64,000 nucleotides of DNA from a virus (IMGVR_UViG_3300017774_006254:97503-161502), one strand, 5' to 3'; shown: positions 1 through 9,911, numbered from the stretch's first letter. Notes: generated from the letters alone by a model not told the origin. Numbers and translations: made by a program.

Positions 1-12
1 TCAGCCGAAGAC

Positions 13-354
13 ATGATGGAGGCTCTTGGAGATCAAGAAGACGTCAAGGTGAAGGCTACCCCTTGCGCGACCGGCGTGATCTTGATGGGCAACTGCCATC
101 ACTGCGGTAGGCAATGGAAGATGATTTCTCCATGGGCCGAAGTCGCGATGATGTTCGTAGGACAGGTTCCGAACGGGACAAATGGCGAGCCGCCGTGGAA
201 GCCCACAAGGCAGGGCATCTTCATGCGTACGGACTGCGCTTGCGGCAAGAAGAGCCCGATGGTGACCGAGTGGGACGAGATTCGCGCTTGGGTGGACATT
301 GGCATTCGCATCGGAGCGCTCAGTCCCATGATTCTAAAGGCGGTCAGGGGGTAG
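13..354 (+). CDS. Hypothetical Cys-rich (putative Zn-binding) protein
   Basis: 113-aa ORF with CHHC and CAC motifs. Confidence 0.6.
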   Translation: MMEALGDQEDVKVKATPCATGVILMGNCHHCGRQWKMISPWAEVAMMFVGQVPNGTNGEPPWKPTRQGIFMRTDCACGKKSPMVTEWDEIRAWVDIGIRIGALSPMILKAVRG

Positions 355-781
355 CAGGTTCGGGCTTCTGCTCGACTGGAGCTGGCGGGATGTACCCTCC
401 CAGCTTCACAAAGCTCTCTTCAGCTACAGTTTGAAAGCCCGCCACGATGTGCCGCGCATAGATCACAGCCGAGCGCTCAGCAACCGTCCGACCGTTCTGA
501 GCAAGGGTGCTGTTGATGCCGTCGAGGCGCACGGCGACGGCGACGAACGTTGCGACATCGCCATGGCGAATGGCCTCAGCTGCCATCTCGGGCGTGATGT
601 CGTAGATGCGTCTCGCTAGGTACGTCACAGCTCGGGGCATCTTGCCCATGGCAGGATCCAAACAGACAGAGTCCTGCATGCGCCGCCAGACGGAGTACAG
701 CGCCTCGACGCTGCGCACTCTCCCGAGCTGCTGAGGAAGCGCTTTGTACTCGATGACAGCGCCATGCCTGGAAACGGTCAT
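344..781 (-). CDS. Hypothetical protein
   Basis: ATG at 781 overlaps the TGA of the upstream phosphatase gene (ATGA coupling). Confidence 0.6.
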   Translation of the reverse strand: MTVSRHGAVIEYKALPQQLGRVRSVEALYSVWRRMQDSVCLDPAMGKMPRAVTYLARRIYDITPEMAAEAIRHGDVATFVAVAVRLDGINSTLAQNGRTVAERSAVIYARHIVAGFQTVAEESFVKLGGYIPPAPVEQKPEPATP

Positions 782-1218
782 CGTGGTGTCTGGCGCAAGA
801 GCCACTGTTCGAACATGGGGTTGCCCAGGCAGTCTTTGTGACGCCTGGTGCGAATCAGCCTGATCGCATCGACGGGCTTCATCTTGTACCCGTACATCAA
901 GGTGAGAGTGGTCATGAGCCCGCTCCTGTTGAAGCCCATCGCGCACGTGATGATCATGCGCTTGCCACGGAGAGCTTTCGCGCCGAGCACCTTCGCGTGC
1001 GCGTGAAAAATGTCGCCAGCTTCCTCAGGTACAGGCCGATAGATGTCGTCGTCGAAACCGAGGCGGATGATCTCCTTCCCCGGTGGAGGCTTCAAGCCTT
1101 TCGCCTGATGCTCTTCGGCGCACAGCACAAGGATATCTGCGTGGTTGAAACCAGTACCCTGGAGCCCGGGGTACGAGCCTTGGGCTACCCCAGGGACGAT
1201 CCAATCAAAAGCGTTCAC
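778..1218 (-). CDS. Dual-specificity/tyrosine protein phosphatase
   Basis: CX5R P-loop (ITCAMGFNRS), acidic loop GFDDD, C-terminal IRxxR..LxNPxF. Confidence 0.85.
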   Translation of the reverse strand: MNAFDWIVPGVAQGSYPGLQGTGFNHADILVLCAEEHQAKGLKPPPGKEIIRLGFDDDIYRPVPEEAGDIFHAHAKVLGAKALRGKRMIITCAMGFNRSGLMTTLTLMYGYKMKPVDAIRLIRTRRHKDCLGNPMFEQWLLRQTPR

Positions 1219-1288
1219 AAATCCTCTTGTTCTTTCGACACACGTGAAGTAACGTTGTCAGACATCAGCATGGTAGCAGAGGAGCGAC

Positions 1289-1687
1289 ATGGACACGACC
1301 AAGATGAAAGACGACACGACTCTCCCTGGGCACAGTTACTCGTTGGGGGAGATGCGGGACACGATCCGGAAGATGCGGGAAATCAACAGCGCCTTCTACG
1401 CGATGGTTTTTCAGGCAGGGATGGGTAGCCATTGCCACGCCTTTGTCGAGTTCAGTGGCCTGCAAGCGAAGTTCATCGACATGGCAGAGGCCGCGCTCGA
1501 CGCCGGGATTGAGTTTCCTTTCGCGAACACGCACAGCAGCACCTCTTGGCCGATGGAGGTTCATCACGCGGCGTACCTCGGGGAAAAGTTCAACTGCATC
1601 TACGGCTTCGCTCTCGCTCAGAGTCCAGATCTTCTGGAGGCCTTCAACAAAGAAGCCTTTGGAGAGAAGAGGGAATCCAATGGCTGA
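1289..1687 (+). CDS. Hypothetical protein
   Basis: 132-aa ORF, GAGGAG RBS upstream. Confidence 0.7.
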   Translation: MDTTKMKDDTTLPGHSYSLGEMRDTIRKMREINSAFYAMVFQAGMGSHCHAFVEFSGLQAKFIDMAEAALDAGIEFPFANTHSSTSWPMEVHHAAYLGEKFNCIYGFALAQSPDLLEAFNKEAFGEKRESNG

Positions 1688-2243
1688 AGACATCGAGAAG
1701 AACCGAAGCAAGGCGGAGGCTGGGGAGGACATCCTTCTCAGCTCGCACCCGTGCCCGCACTGCCATCATTTGACCGGCGGCACATACGACCGCTATTGGT
1801 CAACACGTGGCGGTTTTGGGAGACACTCAGCCCAAGAAAAAGACTGTTCGTTTTCTACGGACAATTACGAAAGGGCGATGAACCGGCTCGGTGTGGATGA
1901 CGGAGCGGACAGGTCTACCTCGTACCAATACAGCACTTGGTACCACGCCGCGATGGAACCTAAGTGGGCAGCAGCTTACGCCAAGCAAGTCGCCGAAGAA
2001 CTGGCGAGGCGAGAGCAGGAGCTAGCTCACTTCGCCAGAATTCGCCCGATGGCGGAACTCATCTATGCGTGCGATCGAGCTGCGACTCCGCAGTTTGCAA
2101 TTTCCAGAGCGGAGGAGTTCGTCAAGGCGTACGCCGAGAACGTGGACCCTCTGACCGACGCCTTGGAAAGAGCCAAGAAGGCCATGGCGGAGGCGACGGA
2201 GCGACTCTCGCGCTCCGAACGAAAACTCGCGGAGAAGACGTGA
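1680..2243 (+). CDS. Hypothetical protein (CxxC, C-terminal coiled coil)
   Basis: ATG at 1680 overlaps previous gene. Confidence 0.65.
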   Translation: MAEDIEKNRSKAEAGEDILLSSHPCPHCHHLTGGTYDRYWSTRGGFGRHSAQEKDCSFSTDNYERAMNRLGVDDGADRSTSYQYSTWYHAAMEPKWAAAYAKQVAEELARREQELAHFARIRPMAELIYACDRAATPQFAISRAEEFVKAYAENVDPLTDALERAKKAMAEATERLSRSERKLAEKT

Positions 2244-2440
2244 TGAATGGGCCGGAAAAATTTGGAGCGATAACGGTGGTCGCACTCTGCGCTGTGGGCA
2301 TTGCACTCATAGTCAGCAGGCATGTCTCCGACCAAGCTGAGCGGGGCGTGCGACCGAGCGCAGACACGGTGATTCAATGTTCTGACGAGTGCGTACGCGC
2401 TTGCGTCAGAGCTGACCGAGAGGAGATTGTGTTCGAATGA
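2243..2440 (+). CDS. Small membrane protein
   Basis: Hydrophobic N-terminal segment; coupled to both neighbours. Confidence 0.5.
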   Translation: MNGPEKFGAITVVALCAVGIALIVSRHVSDQAERGVRPSADTVIQCSDECVRACVRADREEIVFE

Positions 2441-3156
2441 GTATCCAACTTACATGCGGAGACGCCTGCGACCTGATGCGCTCCCTCCCCGCTGAGTCGA
2501 TTGACATGATCGTTACGGATGTCGCGTACGAGAGCTTGGAAGAGCACCGCGCGAAGGGGAGCACAACCCGTCTCAAGGTGAGCGACGCGAGTTCCAACGA
2601 GTGGTTCGACATCTTTCACAACGACCGCTTCGCCGAGTTCTTCAGTGAGGCCTATAGGGTTCTGAAGAAGGATGCGCACCTGTACTTCTTCTCCGACGGG
2701 AAGACGTCTCGTGTGGCTATCCCGGTCGGAGAAGCGGCTGGCTTCAAGTTTTGGAACGACATCACCTGGGTGAAGACAGGCGATGTGGTGAAGGCTGAAA
2801 GCTTGGACCCTCGGGATGTTCGCATCGGAATGGGCTACCACTACAGGAACGCGAAGGAGCTGGTTCTCTTTTTCGAGAAGGGGAAGAAGCGGCTGGCGGA
2901 CTTGAGCGTGCCGAACGTTCTCTGCTATCCGTCAGTGCGCAACAAGTACCCCACGGAGAAGCCTGTCGACCTGATTCGTGTCTTCGTCCGGCAAAGCACT
3001 GTCCAGGGTGATGTCGTGTTGGATCCGTTCATGGGCTCTGGAAGCGCGGGAGAAGCGGCGCTGCGCACTGGCCGGTCATTCATCGGTGGCGACATCAAGC
3101 AGAGCGCCGTGGACCTCGCGAAGACGCGTCTGGAGGCTCTCCAGCGTCCAGGCTAG
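2437..3156 (+). CDS. N4-C/N6-A DNA methyltransferase-like (beta order)
   Basis: N-terminal TDVAY at the DPPY position, YPTEKP, VLDPFMGSGS SAM motif. Confidence 0.85.
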   Translation: MSIQLTCGDACDLMRSLPAESIDMIVTDVAYESLEEHRAKGSTTRLKVSDASSNEWFDIFHNDRFAEFFSEAYRVLKKDAHLYFFSDGKTSRVAIPVGEAAGFKFWNDITWVKTGDVVKAESLDPRDVRIGMGYHYRNAKELVLFFEKGKKRLADLSVPNVLCYPSVRNKYPTEKPVDLIRVFVRQSTVQGDVVLDPFMGSGSAGEAALRTGRSFIGGDIKQSAVDLAKTRLEALQRPG

Positions 3157-3159
3157 AAT

Positions 3160-4407
3160 GTGACGGTGCATCAGAACCCGAAGATCGTATCTCTCTCTCC
3201 CAATAGGCCAGCAAGCGTCGACGTACGGGCGGCACTACTGGCCGCTCCTTCGTCATTTCTTGACAGCATCGGCCTGACGGTCGAAGACGTAGAGAGTATG
3301 GGAACACAGAGAGACCGCGTTCCTTCGATCGGCGAGGGGCACTACGCTCACGCGTACGCGCTCCCCAATGGCATGGTTCTCAAGGTCACAGACGACCCGG
3401 ACGACGCTGCCGCGGCTGACGTGGTCAGGAAGGCAAACGAGAGAGGAGAATTCCCAGTTGGCATCCTGCACGTCACTGCCGTGAAAAAGTTCAGGACGCA
3501 GGTCTACGAGAACGAGCGAGAACCGAACGAGCTTCGGGACATCTTCGCTATCGTATCTGAGCCTGTCATGTCGCTGAAGGATAGGATTTGGGGCGCGTTC
3601 CTTATGATCGGGCAGAAGCGCCGGTGGAAAGGGCGCGCAGACGGAATGCTCGTGAAACCGTTCTTCGGATACATGGTTCGCAATGGAATCAGGTCCATCG
3701 AGGAATTCCTTCGAGCGAAAAGCGACCACTCAAGCGACTACACAGACTTCGCGTGGACGCTGGCACTTGAAGCTCCTGAGGTCGTAGAGATCTTCGACGA
3801 GGTGCTAGAGGGTGCCCACTGGATGGCTGGCCACGGCTTTCAAGTAACTGATATTCACATGGGCAACTTTGGGGTCGCTGCGGGTGGGCGCACCGTGCTG
3901 TTCGACTTTGGGCACGGCTCTCGCCTCGATGAGACCGTGCATTCTGCGGAAAACGTCGAGCTGATGGCAAACGGCCCGATGAAGCGCGTGGTCGCCGCCT
4001 TCGACGAGTGCTTCGCCGTCCTCGTGAAGGAATTCCCAGACTTCGGGAAGATCGAGCTTGTGAACGACGAGAAGGCTGGCTCGGACAATGGGCATGGCTC
4101 GGAGCGCCAGTTCGGATACTGCATGGACGGTCCGACCATCCGCATCGCGTTCGCCGCGAAGACAGACGCCCTGCCAGTCGCAAACATCCGCGGCCTGATG
4201 GCTCACGAGTTCGGCCACGCCATCGATTTTAGGTACGGAGGCAAGCTGGGCAAGATGCTCGGACAGCGCCTCCCAGGGGGCATAGAGCGCCGCGCAGACG
4301 CCATCGCGAAAGCAGTATTCGGTCGCACCATCAAGTACGACGGGAAAGACGTGCAATGCGTGGCGTGCCAGGGCGTCAGCGTGCGACCGCGCAGGCTGGG
4401 CGCGTGA
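3160..4407 (+). CDS. Protein-kinase-like domain fused to zincin metallopeptidase-like domain
   Basis: GEGHYAHAY Gly loop, VLKVT, DIHMGN, LFDFG; C-terminal AHEFGHAID...ERRAD. Confidence 0.75.
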   Translation: MTVHQNPKIVSLSPNRPASVDVRAALLAAPSSFLDSIGLTVEDVESMGTQRDRVPSIGEGHYAHAYALPNGMVLKVTDDPDDAAAADVVRKANERGEFPVGILHVTAVKKFRTQVYENEREPNELRDIFAIVSEPVMSLKDRIWGAFLMIGQKRRWKGRADGMLVKPFFGYMVRNGIRSIEEFLRAKSDHSSDYTDFAWTLALEAPEVVEIFDEVLEGAHWMAGHGFQVTDIHMGNFGVAAGGRTVLFDFGHGSRLDETVHSAENVELMANGPMKRVVAAFDECFAVLVKEFPDFGKIELVNDEKAGSDNGHGSERQFGYCMDGPTIRIAFAAKTDALPVANIRGLMAHEFGHAIDFRYGGKLGKMLGQRLPGGIERRADAIAKAVFGRTIKYDGKDVQCVACQGVSVRPRRLGA

Positions 4408-4434
4408 GCGTGGCGGATGCGCTAGGATAGACGC

Positions 4435-4974
4435 ATGCCTAACGCGTTGGTTTTTGGAGACAGCACAGCAGGAGCCCCCGGCACAGCGGCGGCGACGGTG
4501 CTTCGAGCTAACGGTTACCAGGTGACCGTCATTCACAATGATGGGAAGTCGCCAATCGTGCAGACTCGTGCGCCGTACTGGGCTCAGTACGTCAACGCTG
4601 CTCGGGGAGCGGATGTGGTGCTGCTCATCTTCGGCAGTAACAGCTCAGCGAGCACAGCGCATCGTGTCGCCCTGGAGAAGCTGCGTGATGGTGTGAGGCC
4701 ACCGGTCTTGATGAGCGGTCCGCCGATCTACAACGCCGAGCGACGGCCAATTGGTGACGCGCTTCGAGCGATGAACGCGCAGGTCTTCGGCCCTCGGTAC
4801 ATTGATGCCTATCCGCACACGTCGCTGTCTCTTCCGCGAGCGCCGGACGGTGTGCATCTGACAGCTGCGGGGGCGGTGCCGTGGGGAACGGCGATGGCTC
4901 GGGGCGTGATGGACTTCATGGCAGATCCCAGTTCGTACCCTCGCGTGGGAGGCGCCTCCAGAAACCCTACCTGA
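4435..4974 (+). CDS. SGNH/GDSL hydrolase
   Basis: FGDS block I, GSN block III, DGVH block V. Confidence 0.8.
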   Translation: MPNALVFGDSTAGAPGTAAATVLRANGYQVTVIHNDGKSPIVQTRAPYWAQYVNAARGADVVLLIFGSNSSASTAHRVALEKLRDGVRPPVLMSGPPIYNAERRPIGDALRAMNAQVFGPRYIDAYPHTSLSLPRAPDGVHLTAAGAVPWGTAMARGVMDFMADPSSYPRVGGASRNPT

Positions 4975-5028
4975 GCACCAGCGGACTGCTTCTCGCTGGT
5001 GCCTTGGTTCTGGGAATCGGGTGGTTGC

Positions 5029-5304
5029 TTACTCCTCGACGCTGACAATGTTTTCTGGCGCGAACATCACGTCGTCGTTCTTGTTGAGTTGGGCGAAGGC
5101 AAGCCCCTCAATGACCTTGCCCTTGTAGGGGATGTCAAGCGAGTGGTCGACGGCTGAGATTCGAACGACAGCTTCTTCTTGAAGTTTTCGATTCGTCAGT
5201 TCAATGAGCAGTCGCACGACGTCTCCGCGCCGAAGATTGCGTCGCAGTTCCAGAAGCGGTGGTTTCTTTTGACCTGCGTCGGCCGAGGCAAGCTTCCAGT
5301 TCAT
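5029..5304 (-). CDS. Small beta-rich hypothetical protein
   Basis: ATG at 5304 coupled to upstream stop. Confidence 0.55.
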   Translation of the reverse strand: MNWKLASADAGQKKPPLLELRRNLRRGDVVRLLIELTNRKLQEEAVVRISAVDHSLDIPYKGKVIEGLAFAQLNKNDDVMFAPENIVSVEE

Positions 5305-6131
5305 CCTTCGAGATCGTCCATGGAGATCATTTCCGGTGGGACGATGTCTACGATTCCGCACTGATTGAGCACCGCTCGCCCAACGTGCGTGGAGAGCTGT
5401 AGGTCGAGCATGGCGGCGTCGACCTGCATGTGCTGGTGGAGCCCCAAGATCAGATCGGGCCATGTCTTCGGGGTCCATCCCGAGTTCTTCAGCGTCTGGA
5501 GTCTGTCTCGAACCTGATCGAGAAACGCGGGGCTCTCTGGCATCTTCTCTTCGTCCGATTCGTACTCCCTTCGTTCCCAGGGCATCAGAGGGGTAATCTC
5601 CGCTCCGTGTCCAGCCATGGGATCAATGGTCTCTGGAGCGACCATCATGTCCGTCATCCCTGGCGACGTCTCGGGGTTGAACGGAACGGCAATCGGCTTG
5701 TACGGGGCCTGTATCGAGATCATCGGAGCAGGCTCGGCAGTGGCTGCTGGCGCGTACCTCATTGGAGCATCATCGAGCCAAGACTTCGAGAGAAGTCCTG
5801 CGTCCAAGCCGAGACGATCGAGCCACTCTTTTTCCATTTCCCGAAGTGGCGTGTCGCTACTGCCGTAGATCAGGGCGTGGAGCTGAAACGGCTTCTGAGC
5901 AAGAGGCTCGGGAACGCCGCTCTCTGCCTTCACCATCTCGGCCGCAAGGGCTGCGATGGCCACACCTTGCCTGAGCCCCTCGAAGTAAGCCATCTGCTCG
6001 ATCTTGCCGACGTTGCGAAGCGCTTCGCTTCCGGCGACATCTGGCAGGCCGTTCTGAGCAAGGGCTCGAAAGAGTCCAGCGTGAAGAAGGTTGAACCGAC
6101 GCTCATCCGCTTCAAATCGAAACCTGATCAT
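5301..6131 (-). CDS. Hypothetical protein
   Basis: 276-aa ORF in a coupled - strand operon. Confidence 0.7.
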   Translation of the reverse strand: MIRFRFEADERRFNLLHAGLFRALAQNGLPDVAGSEALRNVGKIEQMAYFEGLRQGVAIAALAAEMVKAESGVPEPLAQKPFQLHALIYGSSDTPLREMEKEWLDRLGLDAGLLSKSWLDDAPMRYAPAATAEPAPMISIQAPYKPIAVPFNPETSPGMTDMMVAPETIDPMAGHGAEITPLMPWERREYESDEEKMPESPAFLDQVRDRLQTLKNSGWTPKTWPDLILGLHQHMQVDAAMLDLQLSTHVGRAVLNQCGIVDIVPPEMISMDDLEG

Positions 6132-6514
6132 TCTTCTTCCTCGTCTTCGTTGTCATCGTCGATCTCACTCGGCTCCTCCTCATCGTCAATTTCCCATGAC
6201 GATGAAGCGATGCGTGGTGTCAGCGCAGAGCGAAACCGACTGATCCAGTGCGCGAGAGTCGTCTCTGACTGCGATACATCGTCGAGGAACGACCCTTGTT
6301 CCTTGAGCCACCGCTCGAAGTCGTCACGCGAATGTGCTGCGCCACCGTCGGCGCAGTCCACGACCTTCACTTCTCGCACGCCCCCCACTTGGCTCAGCTT
6401 TGTGCAGGTGATCTTGAGCCACTGCGGAAGTGTGGTGGCCTTCACCTTCACCTCATCGAGGGCATCTTCCCGATGGTCGTCAAGCCAGTCGTCGAACTCG
6501 TCTCGCGTCATCAT
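6128..6514 (-). CDS. Acidic hypothetical protein with internal repeat
   Basis: RDEFDDWL.../RDDFERWL... duplicated helix, acidic tail. Confidence 0.7.
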   Translation of the reverse strand: MMTRDEFDDWLDDHREDALDEVKVKATTLPQWLKITCTKLSQVGGVREVKVVDCADGGAAHSRDDFERWLKEQGSFLDDVSQSETTLAHWISRFRSALTPRIASSSWEIDDEEEPSEIDDDNEDEEEE

Positions 6515-6957
6515 GACGGTTTTGATTCCGGAGCTGGGAGCTTCACGGCGGGCCCTTCAAGGTTCTCGACGACCAGAGCCATTGCCCTCAGAAACACCTC
6601 TCCTTGCTCAGGAGGAAAGTTCGTCGTGAGAAGCTTCTTGGCCCAGTCGATCTTCACGCACCGATCGTAGATGACGCCGTCGATGGTTTCTGGACTGCGC
6701 TCAAGAGGCGCTACCTCGTACTCAGCGACCGCTCGAATCACACACTCGCGGAACTTCGGCACCCCAATCATCCCCGTGGCCCCTGGGATGACATACTTGA
6801 CGCGATTGTTCTTCACGAAGAACAGAATCACAGTCGGAGAGCCGAGGAACGTCATGGCGGCGTCCTGGGCTTCGATGGCCTGCGCTTCAGCTTTTTCAAT
6901 CAGGCTAGCCAGGCTTCCGGAGACTATCGGGCTGAAGATCAGGTCTTTTTTCTTCAT
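6511..6957 (-). CDS. Hypothetical protein
   Basis: ATG at 6957; coupled to next gene. Confidence 0.65.
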   Translation of the reverse strand: MKKKDLIFSPIVSGSLASLIEKAEAQAIEAQDAAMTFLGSPTVILFFVKNNRVKYVIPGATGMIGVPKFRECVIRAVAEYEVAPLERSPETIDGVIYDRCVKIDWAKKLLTTNFPPEQGEVFLRAMALVVENLEGPAVKLPAPESKPS

Positions 6958-7019
6958 CGGGCGATAGTGCTTGAACTGTCCGACAAAGGCAAACCCGTTC
7001 GAATCGGCTAGCATTGGGC

Positions 7020-7727
7020 ATGTCATACGCGACGAAGCGCACATCTCTTGGGCAGGTAGACGTTGGTAGCGCTCCTGGTGGAGGTGTCATCCGAAGCAAG
7101 AATGGCTTTTCCTACCAGCTGACACCGGAGGATTTGCTTTGGCTCGCGCGGTCCGTGCAGTACGAAGCGGGCAATTATGCGGCAACCGCCTGGACCTACG
7201 CGCAGCGCCTTGCAATGGCACGCGGAAGCAGTCTCAAGAACCTCGTGCAAGCGCATAGTCAGCCTATCAACCCCATCTGGCGTCGGGACGGTGACAAGTG
7301 CCGTCCAGGCGGCACGTATCATGGCCGCGACGAGTGCTCTGAGCGCAGGCTTGCCGTGCGCGATCAAGCCGCCTCGCTTCCCTGGACCAGCGTGCGCCCT
7401 GAAGTTCGCGAAACGATTGTGAAGTTCGCGACGGGGCGCCTGCCAAATCCTGTCCCTCGCGCTGCCAACTTTGCGAATGCGCCAGTCACACAAGGCTATC
7501 TCTCGCGCAACCCCGACTCAGCTATCGTGCTGCGCGACGGCAACTGGTACATCACCGAACGGGCAACGAACTCTTGGCCAGCGGATTTCGTGACCATCGA
7601 AAGCGACGGGCGAATCGCCGGACCCGCAGTTGCCGTCGGAGCAACCGTTGTCGGTGCCGTGGGGGTTGCGGCAGCGGCGAGTTTTGCCTGGTGGGCTTAC
7701 TCGACGAAGTATAAGAAGCGAAGATGA
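7020..7727 (+). CDS. Putative cell-wall hydrolase (SleB/Hydrolase_2-like) with C-terminal TM and basic tail
   Basis: DLLWLARSVQYEAG resembles the catalytic Glu helix; TM followed by KYKKRR. Confidence 0.55.
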   Translation: MSYATKRTSLGQVDVGSAPGGGVIRSKNGFSYQLTPEDLLWLARSVQYEAGNYAATAWTYAQRLAMARGSSLKNLVQAHSQPINPIWRRDGDKCRPGGTYHGRDECSERRLAVRDQAASLPWTSVRPEVRETIVKFATGRLPNPVPRAANFANAPVTQGYLSRNPDSAIVLRDGNWYITERATNSWPADFVTIESDGRIAGPAVAVGATVVGAVGVAAAASFAWWAYSTKYKKRR

Positions 7728-8119
7728 TCGAACTTGTCCGTCCAATTCGAGTTGGGTTCTGGAGGCCAGTTACGCAGCCAGCGAAGTCAGCAAAATCGCT
7801 ACTTGGGCAACTTCTTGAGGGCTTGGACGACTGTCTTTCTCCCGAGCCCGATGTGCGCAAGTTCGTCAGTCGCAACTGGAATGCTGAAGAGCGACAGGTC
7901 GTAGCCGAATACGTCGAAGATCAGCGGTTTCGTTCAGCGGTGTACTTCGGAAGCTCCCGTTGTCGATTTTGCGGCAAAGAGAACGGAGTCGCCGACTTTA
8001 CGGACAAGACGTATGTCTGGCCGGAAGGTTTTGGCCATTACTTGCGTGAACACAGTGTTCGTCCTCCGTTGGAGTTCGTCGCGCATGTACGCCGCCGCCT
8101 TCGGGATGGTTTGCGTTAG
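7724..8119 (+). CDS. Hypothetical protein (YxGxSxCRxC motif)
   Basis: YFGSSRCRFCG...WPEGFGHYLREH. Confidence 0.7.
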   Translation: MIELVRPIRVGFWRPVTQPAKSAKSLLGQLLEGLDDCLSPEPDVRKFVSRNWNAEERQVVAEYVEDQRFRSAVYFGSSRCRFCGKENGVADFTDKTYVWPEGFGHYLREHSVRPPLEFVAHVRRRLRDGLR

Positions 8120-9159
8120 GTGACGATGCCCCTGGCAAGCTCTTCGGCCGCGGCACGCACCTTCAAGAACATCTCTTCGTGAGACTTTGTGGGACCGCTG
8201 ATCTTGTGTAGGTAGATAGCTGTTGTGTTGGGCGTGGCATGGCCCAGGAAGGCCTGGATGTCCTGAAGACGGGCTCCAGCCTTGTCCAGATCGCGAGCGG
8301 CCATGTGACGCAGACCGTGCAGGCGTACGGTGGCCAGGTCTACTTCGGCTCGTTTTGCGGCCCGAGCCAAGATCTTGTTCATCATGCGCGGGGACAGGGG
8401 TTTGTTTGGCTCGCACTTCTCCGTGAGCGCGCAGTCTCGCATCGAGCAGAAGACGCCATCGTCAGGACCCAACCCTTGAAGGCGACCAGCAGCAATCCAG
8501 TACGCTTTGAGAGCCTCGTAGCAGATGCTTGGTATCTCGAAGTGCTTCACGGCGCCGCCCTTCACTCGGCATCGGTATGACCGTGGTGTCGCTTTGAGAT
8601 CGAGGTCTTTTAGGCAAAGCGAGGCGACTTCAGTGCGACGGCGGCCAGTGAAGGCGAAGAACAGCAAGATGGCCCGATCGCGAATTCCAGCAGCATCCGA
8701 TGGGAGCTTGTCTAGTATCAGCTTGAACGTCTGCCACTCCATCGGAATGGCATGTCCGTAGGGCGTAGGCTTGATGTCCGAGCGAGGAACGTGCTCAAAC
8801 GGGTTGTATCTAAGAAGCGGTTCCCCGTTCGCGCCGCTAGGCTTGCGCAAGAAGTCGAAGTACGAACTCATGGCGGAGATTCTGTAGTACGCCGTCGAAG
8901 CCCCGACGTTCTCCATGAGGTGCTTCTTGAACCCAACGGCATGGGCCACCGTTACATCTTCGGGGCACATCCAGTTGTAGAGCGTGAAGAACTGCTTGAT
9001 CGAGGTACGGTACGCACGCTTCGTGTTTTCGGGCTTTCCTTCGAGGAAAGCAGCCAGCATCAACAGATGGCTCTTCAACTTCACGTTGTCCCCATTGCCG
9101 AACCTGGACAACGAAGCACTGTCTCGTGGCACGAACGTAAGTTCAGTAGCGGTACTCAT
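8116..9159 (-). CDS. Tyrosine recombinase/integrase (XerC/D-like)
   Basis: SAM-like N-domain; TGRRRTEV (R), VKGG (K), HGLRH, LGHA, TTAIY catalytic residues. Confidence 0.93.
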   Translation of the reverse strand: MSTATELTFVPRDSASLSRFGNGDNVKLKSHLLMLAAFLEGKPENTKRAYRTSIKQFFTLYNWMCPEDVTVAHAVGFKKHLMENVGASTAYYRISAMSSYFDFLRKPSGANGEPLLRYNPFEHVPRSDIKPTPYGHAIPMEWQTFKLILDKLPSDAAGIRDRAILLFFAFTGRRRTEVASLCLKDLDLKATPRSYRCRVKGGAVKHFEIPSICYEALKAYWIAAGRLQGLGPDDGVFCSMRDCALTEKCEPNKPLSPRMMNKILARAAKRAEVDLATVRLHGLRHMAARDLDKAGARLQDIQAFLGHATPNTTAIYLHKISGPTKSHEEMFLKVRAAAEELARGIVT

Positions 9160-9246
9160 GCGAAGAACAATACTCCTTCTTGACACCAAGTGCTCTGTCT
9201 GACACGGTGAACATCCTGACATCTATTTGTCGGAAAGGACGTACAA

Positions 9247-9456
9247 GTGAGCAAAGTTTCTGAGTTGACGGCGAAGAAGAACGCCAAGGTTGAAGTGCGA
9301 GTTCCAGTCCACATGCAGAAGGAGCACAAGCTTGCCGAGACTGTCACCGGCAAGGTCGGCGACATCCGCACAGAAGGTCGCTTGGCGCGCGTGACGGTCC
9401 TCGTCAGAGGCAAGCCGTTCGAGTTCCGGCCCCAGGACATTTCTCTCGTCTCCTGA
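9247..9456 (+). CDS. Small SH3/KOW-like protein
   Basis: 69 aa, GTG start after AAAGGA. Confidence 0.6.
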   Translation: MSKVSELTAKKNAKVEVRVPVHMQKEHKLAETVTGKVGDIRTEGRLARVTVLVRGKPFEFRPQDISLVS

Positions 9457-9540
9457 ATTCGCCTTCGCCTCGGCGCGGTGGCCAGTGCACCGGAGATCAC
9501 AGCGGACTGGAAAGCCAGAGCCGCTGTTGTCTTTTCTGAA

Positions 9541-9614
9541 GCTCCCGTAGCTCAGTTGGATAGAGCAGTCGCTTCCTAAGCGAAAGGTCCCAGGTTCAAC
9601 TCCTGGTGGGAGCG
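9541..9614 (+). tRNA. tRNA-Arg(CCT)
   Basis: Acceptor GCTCCCG/TGGGAGC, D arm GCTC..GAGC, anticodon loop TTCCTAA, T loop GGTTCAACTCC; no encoded CCA. Confidence 0.93.
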
Positions 9615-9662
9615 TGTGTCGAAAGTCGTTGCTATGTAGTGGCCCGCGAAGTACCATGGGGA

Positions 9663-9911
9663 ATGGTCGAAAGCGCAGCGTACGCGGCAGAATTTGAACT
9701 CGAAACGAGAAGCGCGCAAAGCTCTCGCCTTAGCATCCTTGGCCAGAGCACTAAGATTTGCAGGGGAGACTTTGTGCGCGTCATCGATGGCCCATTGAAG
9801 GGGCGCGGTGGACTTGTCGTCTACGCGTCTATCCACTTTGCGTCCGTCCACTTTGCGTCCGATGGAAAGATTCGCGTTCTTGAGCAACTGCAACTCGCGG
9901 TGGGCCAATGA
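9663..9911 (+). CDS. KOW-motif protein
   Basis: RGDFVRVIDGPLKGRGGLV matches KOW consensus. Confidence 0.55.
   Translation: MVESAAYAAEFELETRSAQSSRLSILGQSTKICRGDFVRVIDGPLKGRGGLVVYASIHFASVHFASDGKIRVLEQLQLAVGQ

Noticed and set aside
5430-6629. Long antisense ORFs (also 12824-13852, 23128-24108, 44594-45607, 51188-52282)
   Set aside because: Shadow frames opposite better-supported genes, typical of GC-rich DNA
9459-9540. Small structured RNA before tRNA-Arg (CAGCGG..CCGCTG hairpin)
   Set aside because: A single hairpin with no diagnostic motif; may be a terminator or leader
8116-9614. Prophage attachment site at the integrase/tRNA-Arg
   Set aside because: No duplicate of the tRNA 3' end was noticed, and gene style is the same on both sides
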